Shown here: piece by piece, positions 52,091 through 64,000 of the stretch
How the letters are laid out: each line of letters begins with the position of its first letter
How positions within the stretch are numbered: the first letter of the stretch is position 1
Origin: Catajapyx aquilonaris
Taxonomy: Eukaryota
Assembly (NCBI GenBank): GCA_000934665.2
Contig: KZ538148.1
Coordinates: 62,001-126,000 of the forward strand
Reading direction: 5' to 3'
DNA: 64,000 nt
The notes under the pieces: model-generated
What the model saw: the letters and a program-made list of their open reading frames with translations, nothing else
Told to the model about the DNA's origin: nothing
Databases searched by the model: none
Translations under genes and position numbers: made by a program

Positions 52091-52754
52091 TTGCATTATT
52101 TTATTAGTCACAATTCTATTCCAACAGCTGCACATAAAGTCATAAACCATAACAGCATGTGCAATAATGCAACTATAGCCTACCCACTTGGATAGAGTTG
52201 TTGTTGATAGTATTATTGTTTGTGTTTTTAAAAATTTGCTCTCTACTATGTCTATTGTTACTGCCATTGCCATGCTTGGCACCACTACTAGTAGCCGTTG
52301 TAAATTCGAGTCATCTGTGATATTTTTGCCTGGTAAGCTTAATGTGCTATTTGAGTATGATTTTTCTATGCAATATGGCATTGTGGCTTCCTGTACCATT
52401 CGTTGATTCTAGACCACCCTGTAATGTGGGCTGAGTAATATGCCAATGCTATAAAGCCACAATGTCGAGTAAGGGTATTGCGCAGAAAAATCCCACTTCA
52501 ATCGCACGATAAGCTTACCAGGCAAAAATATCACAGATGACTCGAATTTACAACGGCTACTAGTAGTGGTGCCAAGCATGGCAATGGCAGTAACAATAGA
52601 CATAGTAGTGAGCAGATTTTTAAAAACACAATCAATAATACAATCAACAACAACTCTATCCAAGTGGGTAGGCTATAGTTGCATTATTGCACATGATGTT
52701 ATGGTTTATGTGCGCTTGTTGGAATAGAATTATTGTGACTAATAAAATAATGCA
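52091..52754. mobile_element. Foldback element with ~250-280-bp inverted arms
   Basis: 52091-52341 versus 52510-52754; mirrored ORFs in the track. Confidence 0.8.
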
Positions 52755-52825
52755 GTTAACAGGTATAACAGGTTAACAGTAGAATCAGGTTAACCTCGAA
52801 GTTAACAATCAATAATATACAATAA

Positions 52826-53082
52826 GTGGTTAGCGCCGCAGCCTTCCACCTCTAAGGTCCAGAGTTCGATCCCCGGGTCAGACGGAGGATACTTATGTGG
52901 AGAGAGTTTCGATGGGTTCTCTCCGTGTTCGCGTGAGTTTTCTCGGGGTTCTCCCGTTTCCTCCCACTATCAAAATCCATCACAGCGCAGCCAATGATTA
53001 AAGTTGGGTATTTAAAAGAAGATCCCTAAGAGGCCCAAGGAGGTCTGTCATGGGGTATTCATTATTATTTATTTATTTTATT
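52826..53082 (+). mobile_element. tRNA-derived SINE with (ATT)n tail
   Basis: agtggttagcg A box, gagttcgatccc B box, conserved core. Confidence 0.75.
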
Positions 53083-53533
53083 ACTGGACAGGTTCCATTA
53101 TGTAAGACAAACGTATGTAAACGTTAACGTTAACGTATGTAAGATAAACGGAATATCATCTGCTGCGACCAAACAATTTTTTTGTAATGAATAGGTTTCC
53201 ACTATCCAGGGTGTAGATCTATTACAGGCCGGTTTCACAGTATTACCGAGAGTAAATTCCCAATTGGTACTAGGTGGCTATCAAAAGTTTATATGTCCAC
53301 TATGTTTCAAGCGAAAATGCTGAATAAGTTAATAACATTGAGTGTTAGAGCACAACTGCAAGGGCCTTTTTAAACATCTGACAATAATACAAGCACACTC
53401 AACAGTGCAACTCACAAAGACTACAGCTGGTGTGAAATGCTCTTTGCCTGCACAATATTGTAGTGGTATTATGTCAAATTAAAAAAATTATATCAGCAAT
53501 AAAGTAAATGTTAATCAACATCGTCATTGTCAT

Positions 53534-53792
53534 TAATAATGGATACCCCGTGATAAGCCTCCTTGGGCTTTTTAGGGGATCATCTTTTAATTGACCGTCT
53601 TTAATCATTGCCTTTGCTATGATGGATTTTGATAGTGGGAGGAAAGGGGAGAACCCGAGAAAACCCACGCTAACACGGAGAGAACCCATCAAAACTCTAT
53701 CCACATAAGTATCCTCTGTCCGACCCGGGGATCGAACTCGGGACCTTAGAGGTGGAAGGCTGTGGCGCGAACCACTTCGCCTCAGTGCCGCC
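53534..53792 (-). mobile_element. tRNA-derived SINE, same family, inverted orientation
   Basis: Reverse complement aligns with 52826-53060. Confidence 0.75.
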
Positions 53793-53963
53793 CTCATCAT
53801 TGTCATTTTTGTCGTTATAATCACTGTTAAAGGGATTTACATAATTGTACATAGCCCTAACTATACAACATTCAAGCTGAGTAAATGGGTGGATTATCGA
53901 AAAAATCAGATAGTGTAAAAGCAGATGGAGCAAGAGGAATGAAAGAAATCAGAAATTAAGTAG

Positions 53964-53997
53964 TGTGACATTAGTGTGGTGGGGGCAGAATTATCCA

Positions 53998-54036
<39 letters not shown>

Positions 54037-56156
54037 NCCCGTAATGTCCCAAATAAGCAAGAAACATCATGGGTAATGGAGTCAGTGACCGAAAGCCCTG
54101 AGAATGGGAAAAGGAAGGAGAAAGTAGGACTGATCTGGGCCATATACAGACCCCAACACAAGGAACCATACAGGGAGGGCTACAAAAACTAACCCAGACG
54201 GCCAAAAAGAGGTTATTTCATCAAGCAGTCAGTTAGTCTGGAGCAGACTTGAGAGAGGAAACAGAAGAGGCCAGATGGGGCCATGGGCCAAGATGGGACC
54301 AGAGGAGGAGCAGTCAGCAGTCCGGAGTCCAGAGTAAGGAGTAAGCAGCCGTTAGTCAGTCAGAGCAGTCAAGAGTCGTCAGTCGATCAGTCAGTCATCT
54401 GGATCAGTGCGGAGACCAGAGAGAAGAGTAGTTAAGAGTCCTGAGCTAACCCTGCAGCCCGAGATGATGCCACCGCCGAGTCAGCAGTGAGTATGACAGG
54501 AACAATCTTGTAGAGTGTGCTGCCAATTGAGGCCCAACCCCATGTCCGGCCATAGCAGGGGTGGTCACCCTATGTAGTGTCTGTGTAGTCTATGTTGTCT
54601 ATGTAACTTGTAACGCCCATTGTTATGCCATTAATAAAATAATATTGTGCCTGTTAATAAATACTGTGTCTGGATCAAATCGCCTTGATTAGAGTGCCCC
54701 TAACCCCCATCATCAGAGTCGTCTTAACTGCACGACAGGCTCCCGGGCAAAGCAGGGCACTGGGCCCCCCCCACCCCCTTGCTACATAATCCCTCACAAG
54801 AAAAAAATGTAGTAAATGGTCGATAAAATAAAAAATGTGTATTTTAAATATACTGCTGAATTTATTTGTATCAGTGGTTAATCAATATGAACAAATAGTC
54901 TACTAGTAGTAGTTGAAATTGGAACAGAAAATAAGTAGTGTCATGGAGGGCACGTGGCCTATGGGGCTATGGCTCACCCATAATATGGTGACCACATGCC
55001 TCCCATTATTAGGTATACCACAGTTCATTTAAATGGGTGAATAGCTAATATGTATATCTGGGGCCATTCTGCTGGGTTTTCTGATTTTCCGGGCACACCG
55101 GTGAATTCATTAGCATGGATAATTCTCGGAAGTAAAGTACGTATTTTTTTCGTGATATCTTTATATCGTATATCACTTGGAGATTCTTTGCGCAGCTCGG
55201 GGACAGCCCTACTAATGTAATAATATTGATAAAACAGCACAAAACAATGCAATCCTGACCTTTACTCGCCGCCACATTGTCCCATTTTTTCCAAAGTCTC
55301 ATCAAATGATCTCACATCACAGCAATATATTGATCTTCAACGCGCATAGTTCATATCCCAAGTTCCAACTGACCCAAAGGGTCATAATAATTATGTCCTT
55401 TATTTTCTAGCAGCGCTGTTTTAAGTCGTTAGAGGAACAGGAAGGATTCTATTTGTCAAGTGTCACTGCTACATTGTAAATCACAAAACATTAAAAGAGC
55501 ATCACTGATTAGTCTCTCATGGAGCGTCAATTTTTAATGCGCTTTTGATACTTTTTTGTTGCTAAAAAGCACCAAGAGAGCATTAGAAGATAATTAAAAA
55601 TTGATGCTCCATAGGAAACTCACCAATGATGCTCTTGGTTTGAAATTTACAGTATAGCCATGTAGGCAAAGAATTCTTTCGAGCAGGCTGACCTCCCGCT
55701 GTAACTGGCTCCAAAAATTATTGCAGGTCCCAGCTTTGAGCTTTCCCAGATGGGATGCATCTGTGAACCCATCCCAACCTTCTCAGAAGGGCCCATGGCA
55801 AAAGTGAAAGCGGCGGTACAGTGCAGTTTTCCAAGAAGTCCTCCTACTATCCTTCTTTACTCTTAGGTCTGGTCCTAATGATGAGGTGAATAAAATGACT
55901 CTTAATTTTCTAATTTTAGAGTACAAGTTCTCTAGTATATAGGATCGTACGGTTTTTTAATTTAAAAAAAAAAAATTTTAATTTTTTTTTACAGCTTGTC
56001 GCCTGAGGCCCCTAAACGCCTGGGGCCCCCGGGCAAGTGCCCATCGTGCCCATACGGTAAGACGGCACTGCCCATCATAGGGTCCGGCAATGAACTTATC
56101 CCCCAATCCCAGTCCCCAATCCTAATCCCAATTAATCGCCAATCAAGCTCGTAACA
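53964..56156 (+). mobile_element. Solo LTR (Gypsy-like) interrupted by a hAT element
   Basis: TGTGAC...GTAACA termini, gtag/ttag flanks, internal CAGT-rich repeats and AATAAA. Confidence 0.6.
54714..56070. mobile_element. Non-autonomous hAT element (contains a palindromic MITE at ~55469-55654)
   Basis: TIRs cagagtcgtctta / taagacggcactg and exact 8-bp TSD cccatcat. Confidence 0.8.
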
Positions 56157-56533
56157 TTAGTAAGTGTGAAATAAGGACTCGTAAGAGTTATTATTTGGGA
56201 AGGCGTGGTGGCCGAGATGGTAACCACTCAGCTTTCTGTGTGAAAGGTCTCGGGTTTGAACCTCGCCCTGGAGTTCCCTTTTGCCTGGTCAGGAGGGTCT
56301 CTCACCCGCACATTGGAGGCGTCTGGCAACCTAACCTCCAGGGAGACTGCGCATGACCCAGTTTCAGACATTGCACTTGCGCCCGTGTCTCCTCCCCAAA
56401 AATCCCCATTCCTACCCCATGTCATTTCTTCCCTGCCCAGAGTTGAAGAAAAACTAGAAAAACGACAAATATGGTGGTGTTCCACTCTCCTAAAAGAGCG
56501 ATACCCTCTCAATGGGGTTAATAAAATAAAGTA

Positions 56534-57716
56534 CCGTCCAACGGGGTTACTTAGGACGGGTGGGTAACTTAAGCCATTTTGCTGCGTAAATTTCGGACAC
56601 TGATTTTGGCAACATTGTTTTGAGTTGAATTGTTATTTTTCGTGACATAAGTTCCATATTTTAGTGTAGTTTTGGACTGCATATTTGAATATTGTGTTTG
56701 TGTCAAAGGTAACTTTGTAAAATCTTAATTATGTTTAGGATAATTGCATCATAAATTTATACCCTACGTAACTTTCATCGCCAACATCATCTGTTTGAAT
56801 TTAATTCGCTATAAAGATGATGAAACATAACCTGCAACAGTCCTTTTAAGGTAGTTATACTGCATAGCTTAAAGTTTCATTTTGGTGTCAATATATACTT
56901 AAAAATTAATTGTTGCGTCATGTACGGGGACAACGGGGTAACATAGGCCACTTGTTCCAAGCCTGGCAAGAAGTGCGGGGATTAGCTTCTGGGGGTCAGG
57001 AGAGTATAGTTGCTAGGGCTGTGCGATATTTCGATACATCGACTGTCGATGTGATATTTTCCTAATATCGAAGTTGCGATATCCGACGCTTGGCATGTGC
57101 GATGTATCGAATATCGCGATGTCGGTTCGATGTCGATTTGCGATATTTTTCGATGTCGGTTCGGTGTCGGTTTGCGATATTTTACGGTTTTCGATGTCGG
57201 TTTTTCGATTTTCGATATATCGACTTCGATTCGATATTTTTTCGGATATCGCACAGCCCTAGTAGTTGCCTAGTTGGGAACATTGTTGATGATGAAATGT
57301 ATGTTCACATATCAGAAATATTTTTTGTTCTGTACAGCCGGTGAGCATATAAAGAGAGGCCGCCATACTTTCCCTTATATGAACTGAAATTTCGAACAAT
57401 AAATTTCTGGAGCAATATGCAAATGTTTATTTTCGCCCTGTGAACGGACTTTGTTACCGTGTCAACGTCTAACATAAGCGAAACACTGAATTCTTCCTGC
57501 GGGCTTAAGTTACCCCATATCAGGGGGTAACTTAAGCCACCCCTTCTTTTTTTTGTTGTTTTTATCATACATGTTGTAGGAAACTTTCATCCATGTATAC
57601 GTCGACCGTAACTGTAGACCCATGTTTTACAACAATAAGTTAATCTCTAAAGTCAATGCTCTTGAATTGGCAGATGTCTGAAATTGAAAAGTGGCTTAAG
57701 TAACCCCGCTTGACGG
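56534..57716. mobile_element. Non-autonomous TA-flanked DNA transposon
   Basis: TA|ccgtccaacggggttactta ... taagtaaccccgcttgacgg|TA with internal ggggtaacttaagcca repeats. Confidence 0.75.
57014..57261. mobile_element. Nested hAT-type MITE built of CGATAT/CGATGT repeats
   Basis: TIR tagggctgtgcgatat; TSD atagttgc/gtagttgc. Confidence 0.8.
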
Positions 57717-57980
57717 TATGTGAAACTATTGGCCATCACTCACTTCATAGAGACAGACACATTAAATACGACGTATGAAATCGTAGATTCGGTTATGATG
57801 CAGTAAAAAATTTATTAGTATAATATTGTGTATTGTACACAGCCTATACAGAGCATCTATGCCCTTCTTTTTGGAGATTCGGAAATGGTGTCACCCTACA
57901 TGCAATTATGTTTAAAATGATGTGTTAAGAACATGTTCATAGGTCCCCTCGTAATGAAGCAATAATAACTCCTGCGAAGT

Positions 57981-58051
57981 AGGGGTGTAGCTCAGTGATA
58001 GAGCGTTTGCTTTGCATGTGAAGGTCCCAGGTTCGATACCCGGCACCTCCA
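57981..58051 (+). tRNA. tRNA-Ala(TGC), degenerate, possibly a pseudogene
   Basis: Cloverleaf with TGC anticodon, A/B boxes and downstream TTTT; A1:C72 mismatch, D-loop GG changed to GA, T-stem mismatch, short variable loop. Confidence 0.75.
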
Positions 58052-58364
58052 TGATTTTCTTCTATTTTCGAGTGTCTTTTTTTCCCCTTCCTGCGCTACC
58101 TCTTACAGGTTATTCAACTTGTCATTTCTATGTTGTAATTTAAAAAGTGAAAATAATGTCGTGTAGGCTACGTAGTTTAGTAACCAACTGCTGGTAATAC
58201 AGTATTTGAGGTGTGGGGAACTACCAATAATATTATTTTGAAAGTACTCGTAAATATTGCATGAGAAACGCCGGTAAAAAAATTTCCCATTGAATTTCAT
58301 TCTTGATGAATGTTATAGCCAAATCACCACTTTTGCAGCGAAAACTCAAGTTTTCTGACTTGCA

Positions 58365-58595
58365 CAGGGTTCGGAAATTTAAACTACCATCGCTTTGGGA
58401 AATGATAGAGGAGTTCTAGGCGATCACTTTGAGTATGTGCAACATGGGTCACCAACGCAGTTACCCAGATAATGTGCTTCAAACACAAGGCAATCTCGGT
58501 AACTATGCATCGGAGACCCATGTTGCATACTCAACGTGATCGCCTGGAACCCATCTATCATTTCCCAAAGCGACGGTAGGTTTTTCCGAACCCTG
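58365..58595. mobile_element. Tc1/mariner-type MITE
   Basis: cagggttcggaaa...tttccgaaccctg|TA, ~45-bp TIRs. Confidence 0.75.
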
Positions 58596-60550
58596 TATAT
58601 GCTTATAATGCACACTGATTAATGAAATTATCCACAAACATGACAAATTAACTCACCCGTAACTTAGGCTGGACCACCAAAAAATCCGTCATTTTTATGG
58701 CATCTCGTCCTTGTCAACTATACCAGAAAAGGTCTGAATTTGACCTTTTCGGCAAGTGTTAGCTAGATCAGTGACAGGTGGGAAAATCACCCCTGCTCCA
58801 TTATGCAGTGCTTTCCTCGCTTGGGAAAGGTACCGTAGTTAAATAATCAAAAACAGCATATTTTTCCACCAAGGAGCAAAAAAAAATAAAGGTTTGTTAT
58901 AGTTGAGATGAGGTGTATTAGTCTCTTATATCGGGAGTAAAATACACAGGGCCTTATGGAAGTATGGAGGGACCAGCCTTTCCAGTCTGTTATAACCGAA
59001 AGTCTGTTACAGCCGAGGCTGTTATATCCGGATTCAACTATCATCATCATCATCATCATATAGTTGAATCCGGATATAACAACCTCGTCTATAACAGATC
59101 TTGATAAAAGCAGACTTTAAAAGCTGGTCCCGGCACACTTCCACATAATAATAATAGCCTGTGTTTCTGCCAACACTACATTCAACTGCGTGTAAATTCA
59201 TATTCCCCGCGCCTGCCTGTGGTGTGCCTAATGACATCACGCAAGGGAAGTAGGTAGTGCGCTCCCTCTGGCCAACAGCTTTTCGTCACCACAGTATGCA
59301 ACTTGTACAGTCCTGATATTCGGTATGCTAATGCATATACGTGGCTGAATATAAACTGAAAGTGCTCTAAGGCGTTCATTGATGCTCCTGGGTAGGTCTA
59401 CTCCTTGCTACTCCCAGGTACTCCTTAGGTACTCCCAAGTACTCCTTGAATTTGGTACTCCGGTATAAACTTTACAGTCGAGTGAGTACCACCTCGGACT
59501 TAACCTTCCTTCCTGCTGGATACATGCCTATCCTTCAGCCAATACAGTAGGTAAAAGTCAGTATGGGGTCCCAACAGCGGCCTGCATCCACACATCCTTG
59601 CCAGCAACCAAAATAAAACCTGCCCCAGCATTGGCAAGCTGCTGCTCTCCCTTCCGATGGCATACGGAAGGAAAGAATAGCCAACAAGGGTACAAGGCTT
59701 ACACGCTTACTCTACCACATACTGTACAATTGCATTTGGGAAAAAGCAGAACCAGTGAACTAGTTGGAGCTCTTCAGGGATTCAACAGGTCCCAGTAACA
59801 TGCTCCCACCCCTGCCAGTTGAATGTTCTTGTCCTAGAACAGCTGAAAACTGAAAATGTCACAATTGACAGACATTGATAGGGGTGCATGAAGGCCATGC
59901 AGATGTCTCCAACAGCCAAGCCACTTATGCCAAGAGGTCTCCTCACATGCTGCTGCCAGAACTCGACTCCAGACACATTATGCAGGAGACTGGAGGTCAA
60001 GCTATGTTTCAGTATTTAGATTACATACCAATGTGAACATGCTGCCTCACTCGTGTCATTGAATAACTACAAGAACTGAACAAATGCGGGTGTTTGTCCT
60101 CAGCATAATTTAATGATAAATGTGAGATTTACACAGGCACTCCTCCACATAAAGGGTGGGGGTACAACATAAAAGTAATACTGTCGCTGGTTCTGACTAG
60201 AACCAAGTTATTTTCTTTTCGCCATGGTGGGATAGGTCCATAAAACATACAATACATATAAACTGTAGAAATTGTATCCCCCAACAGAGTGAGAGTGCAA
60301 CAATCAGTCTTGTCTCTAGATGGATGTCTAACAAGAGGAAGACAGTGGGTATTTTTCATGTAAGAAAGAGGATGTGGAAGACAGGGAACAAAGGATTTTA
60401 CAGGTTGGGGAAAGAAACCAGTGTGTGCCAATTTGTCAAGTTCACAATTGACTTGCAAGAAGCATTTTAAACAAGAGATTCACTTGTCATATCAACCTTT
60501 GGTAATAAGGCGATTATAGGAACAGTCCACACTCCCTTACTCAAAACATT

Positions 60551-61074
60551 TTAAATTTCAGTCTCTGTACTAGTGACAGATCCAGTGCGATTCCATCTTC
60601 TGTTGTTGTGGCGAGGAGGTGATGCAGATGCACTGACTGGCTGTGAGTCACTGCTGGAGGAAGCAGATGCTGTCCTACTTCTGGGCATCTGAACTGCTCC
60701 GTTGTGCACGGTAGGAGTCCCTGTGCTCTTTCCTCTAAGCTGCATTCTACCCTTCTCACTCTTAACCCCACTGCAATAGATGCAACGTGACATACTCCGT
60801 TCACCCACATAGGATGGGAGAGTTTGTGTCCCTTTGTCCACCACAGCAGGAGGGGGCAGGGGTGGAAGGGGGTGGGTCCTATTTGGAAAGTGTCTGATTC
60901 CTCCTCCAGTTGCCACCCACCCTCCACCACCCCATCCTCCCCCTATGCTACAGCATTTGCATGTCCCGCAGTGCCTCTGCATGCCCCGTTCCTTCTCCCT
61001 CTCCTCCAGCACCTTTGCCATTATCGCAGCTGACACAATGTCAACAGCCTTCGTATTCCTTTCTTCTTCTCTTT
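60551..61074 (-). CDS. Terminal coding exon of an unidentified gene (ERNTKAVDIVSAAIMAKVLEEREKER...CGTCKC...VDKGTQT...STETEI*); tentatively TJAP1-like
   Basis: tttcctcag acceptor, long open frame to TAA, helical segment and short linear motifs; family assignment is from recollection only. Confidence 0.6.
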
Positions 61075-62319
61075 CTGAGGAAATATGAACACAAGGTGTT
61101 AGTCTAAACTGAACAGCATTGCACATTACATTGTGAGAAGCACTGTGCAAAAAAATAAAGTGTCATGCCTCCCCATAACCTTTGTTCAAGAAATTTCACA
61201 TCACTGATCTTAAACTTGAAAACATTCTCACAACCATTATACACATTGAGCTGAGTGTCAGTAGTTTCAGAGAGTACTAGCAAGAGCTAATAACTTAGCT
61301 CTTGGTACTAGCCAAGTTCCATGATGTCTACTGTAACATTTTGCTAGGAAACTTCGATATATCTAGAGTGAATTCAAAGGCTCCCTCCGAAAGCAGCAGG
61401 ATCCCAAACGGTTCCCATGGAAAGAAGTCATTGTCTGGTTGACAGAACTCTCGGCCCTTCATTAAGAAAGTTTTAATCTGACTTTACACCTGATGCCAAG
61501 TACCATGCATACAAGCAGGCAGAACATACATGCTTCTGCTACAAGTCCCAAGCAGTGATTCTCAACTTCCTACTTTTTACCCTGTAATGCCTTATATTGG
61601 CATGCTGATAGGGCTACCCTACATTTTCTAAAATCTGGTCAACGACGTTTAACCAGGATGAAGCAGGTTGTGGGGGTAATACAGTAGCTACCACAGTACC
61701 TCCCCAACTCCAGAAAACCACTGTTCAATAAATCAGGCATTCGATTGCAGTCAGCCCTTAACTCTCCCTTTAGACTTCACCTCTGACTCCTACCACCCAG
61801 TAACCCAAAATGCTGAACTTTGCTCTTCATTACAGCTAGCAGTTGCTGGCCATCCTTTCCTCATCTCTTCCTCATCCTCATCCTAGCACTGGTTCAATCC
61901 AAACTATCAGGCTTCTGGTTCATGCCAGATGTAAATACATTGCCAAAATTTAACTACACACTAATGTGCTGAGTAGGTCTCCACACCTATAGATTTGAAA
62001 GTAGAGTGAAGTGTTCTCATCTACCAAACCCTGTTGGGGAAAACCCGAACTTTATGCAATCTAATGCTATTCAGCCTTAGCCAGAGGTTAGCATTACACT
62101 ACTGGTGTGGGTGATTTGAAACGACCAGTGTAGGGTACTATAATTATTTTAGTGTGGTACAATTTTTTGAAGTTTTGGATAACAACTGGAGAACAAAAAT
62201 ATAGAACAATTAGCACAGACAAATCAAAAAGAGTAGTGATATCATATATGGTTTCATGTCATAGGAAACAGTTGAAACCAGCCCACGGACACTACCCCTA
62301 CACTCTTATCTTATCACCT

Positions 62320-62603
62320 CCCGGGGTGTTTTGCATGAGGTGCTCACCTGAGAGCGCCATGAGACAGCTTTTCACTGCTGAATTATGTGGCGATCCTACT
62401 GGACTACGCTGAACTTAGGTAGAAGGGAAGCCACTACATGGCCGCCCAATATGGCCGCCGGCGACCATGTTGGGTCCCCCAATGTAGCGCTTCCCTTTGT
62501 GCCTATAAAGTTCAGCGTAGTCCAGTAGGGTCGCCACATAATTCGGCAGTGAAAAGCTGTCTCATGGCACTCTCAGGTGAGCACCTCATGCAAAACGCCC
62601 TGG
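62320..62603. mobile_element. Palindromic MITE
   Basis: ~95-bp near-perfect inverted arms plus an inner palindrome. Confidence 0.75.
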
Positions 62604-63564
62604 CAAGGGGTAGGTGGGAGTGACCAGACCTGAGTATCTAAGATCATGGTTGAAACTGATGTTGATACCAGTGAATACATTTTACTCCATCTGTAGTTTC
62701 CCCATCAACTCATTAAAATACCCCAACAAAAAAGTATTATAATATTGTGGGCATGCAAGAAATATCCACTGCCATCAAAGGGTTAACACCAAATTTGTAG
62801 GCCTGCCATCATATTTCTACCAATGAGCCAGATTTTTCTTGTCTGCATGCTGTTCACGTCAGTTTTTCACCTCCAGTTCTGGGGTGGAATTTTCGTCCCT
62901 AGCAGTACCAGTGTTGGCAATGGTACTGATAAGTTAGCAGTCACTATCAGTGAGACAAGAATTCCAACCCTAGTTCACAGAAGTTGTCAAACATCTGTTA
63001 ATTACTTAATTCCACTAGACTTTAACAGGGAAGTAAAAATGCAGATCATTTCTGTGTTCCACAGGTTCTGCTACAGTCAGGTTTCACTACTTGTTTGAAG
63101 TCAGTCTACGCATACTTTACTTGAAAGGGATACTTGAAATAGTTACGGCGTTTATTTGTTCACAAGTAAATTTCCCATACAGAGTGCAAAGCTGCCTTCT
63201 GGCAATGAGCCTTGCTTTTACTATAGGCCCAACCCGAAGTGGTACTGCGGTAACGTATGCGCCCATGGATGTTAAGGTCCCGGGATCAAATCCTGCCTGG
63301 GGACACCCCCTTCATCTCGTGCAGAGTTTAAGGCCATCTCTGACTTTATCTCAGGTGGTATTTCCAATTGACTAAACCACCTGGGGGAGTTCACAAAATG
63401 ACCTAAGCAACTGTACTGCACTGCACCTTGCACATCCCCTCCTGTCACTTTCCCTATCGCTCGTGGTACCCAGGCGTTATGGTAAAAGGACCATCTTATA
63501 CTAGCTGTACTACAAAGCAAAAAAAGGTACTGTGCCGGATGCCCATTGGGTGGAGCACTAAACC

Positions 63565-63599
<35 letters not shown>

Positions 63600-64000
63600 T
63601 ATACTAACCAGCCATAAGTTGGCATTTTCATATGGAAGGGTAAAACAAGTGACCTCGATCTGCAAGCTGATTGGTCGATAGGAGGCAGGAGCCCCTCCCC
63701 TTTTGCTGTAGAATGCCAGTCGGATTCCTGCCCGGAATGCTACAAGTGTATTGTGCTGTCAGAGTTTTTGCCCACTGTAGCATTCCCAACTCCTGCAATT
63801 GACCCCTCCCAGCTGCAGCAAGGTAGTGCTGTCACAGCACAATTTTTTGTAAAAAAAAGGTGCTTTGAGAACAGACCTTTAGGCCTGCCACAAACAGGGA
63901 AATGTGGGAGGGAGGCAACTTACATGCACATATCCAACTATTCATGTTGCCCGCTAGAGGGTACAGTACCGGGCATAATAGCATATCATCAATGTAAATA

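Noticed and set aside
52061..52399. ORF with faint resemblance to a Penelope-type reverse transcriptase fragment (ESKFLKTQ)
   Set aside because: No catalytic YxDD motif; the similarity is too weak to call without a search.
56202..56266. tRNA-like sequence (another at ~63236-63300)
   Set aside because: No intact cloverleaf; probably decayed SINE heads.
57014..57261. Short regularly spaced repeats suggesting a CRISPR-like array
   Set aside because: No unique spacers, eukaryotic context, and bounded by TIRs and a TSD, so it is a MITE.

Overview
Eukaryotic (most likely arthropod) genomic DNA. On the + strand is the 3' part of an hnRNP L (Drosophila smooth-like) gene: 8 coding exons from 83 to 38396, a 33.5-kb intron (147-33677) and a ~2-kb 3'UTR. 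A convergent stum/SPEC3-like gene lies on the - strand (40601-~47.7k). It is followed by a TE-rich interval (MITEs, foldbacks, SINEs, a solo LTR with a nested hAT element, a degenerate tRNA-Ala) and the terminal exon of another - strand gene (60551-61074). Main observation: the hnRNP L pre-mRNA appears to fold into very large, nested, irregular hairpins. These are ~0.5-10.8 kb (apex ~5.1 kb), ~11.5-12.35 kb (CA-rich interior), ~12.75-33.56 kb (apex ~23.1 kb), and a fourth pairing the introns that flank two coding exons. The arms are not recognisable as DNA inverted repeats, but they keep colinear antiparallel complementarity rich in G-U pairs on the sense strand. A candidate frameshifting (poison) exon sits in the linker next to CA-rich hnRNP L-type sites. 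All pairings were read by eye; no folding energies or significance values were computed.
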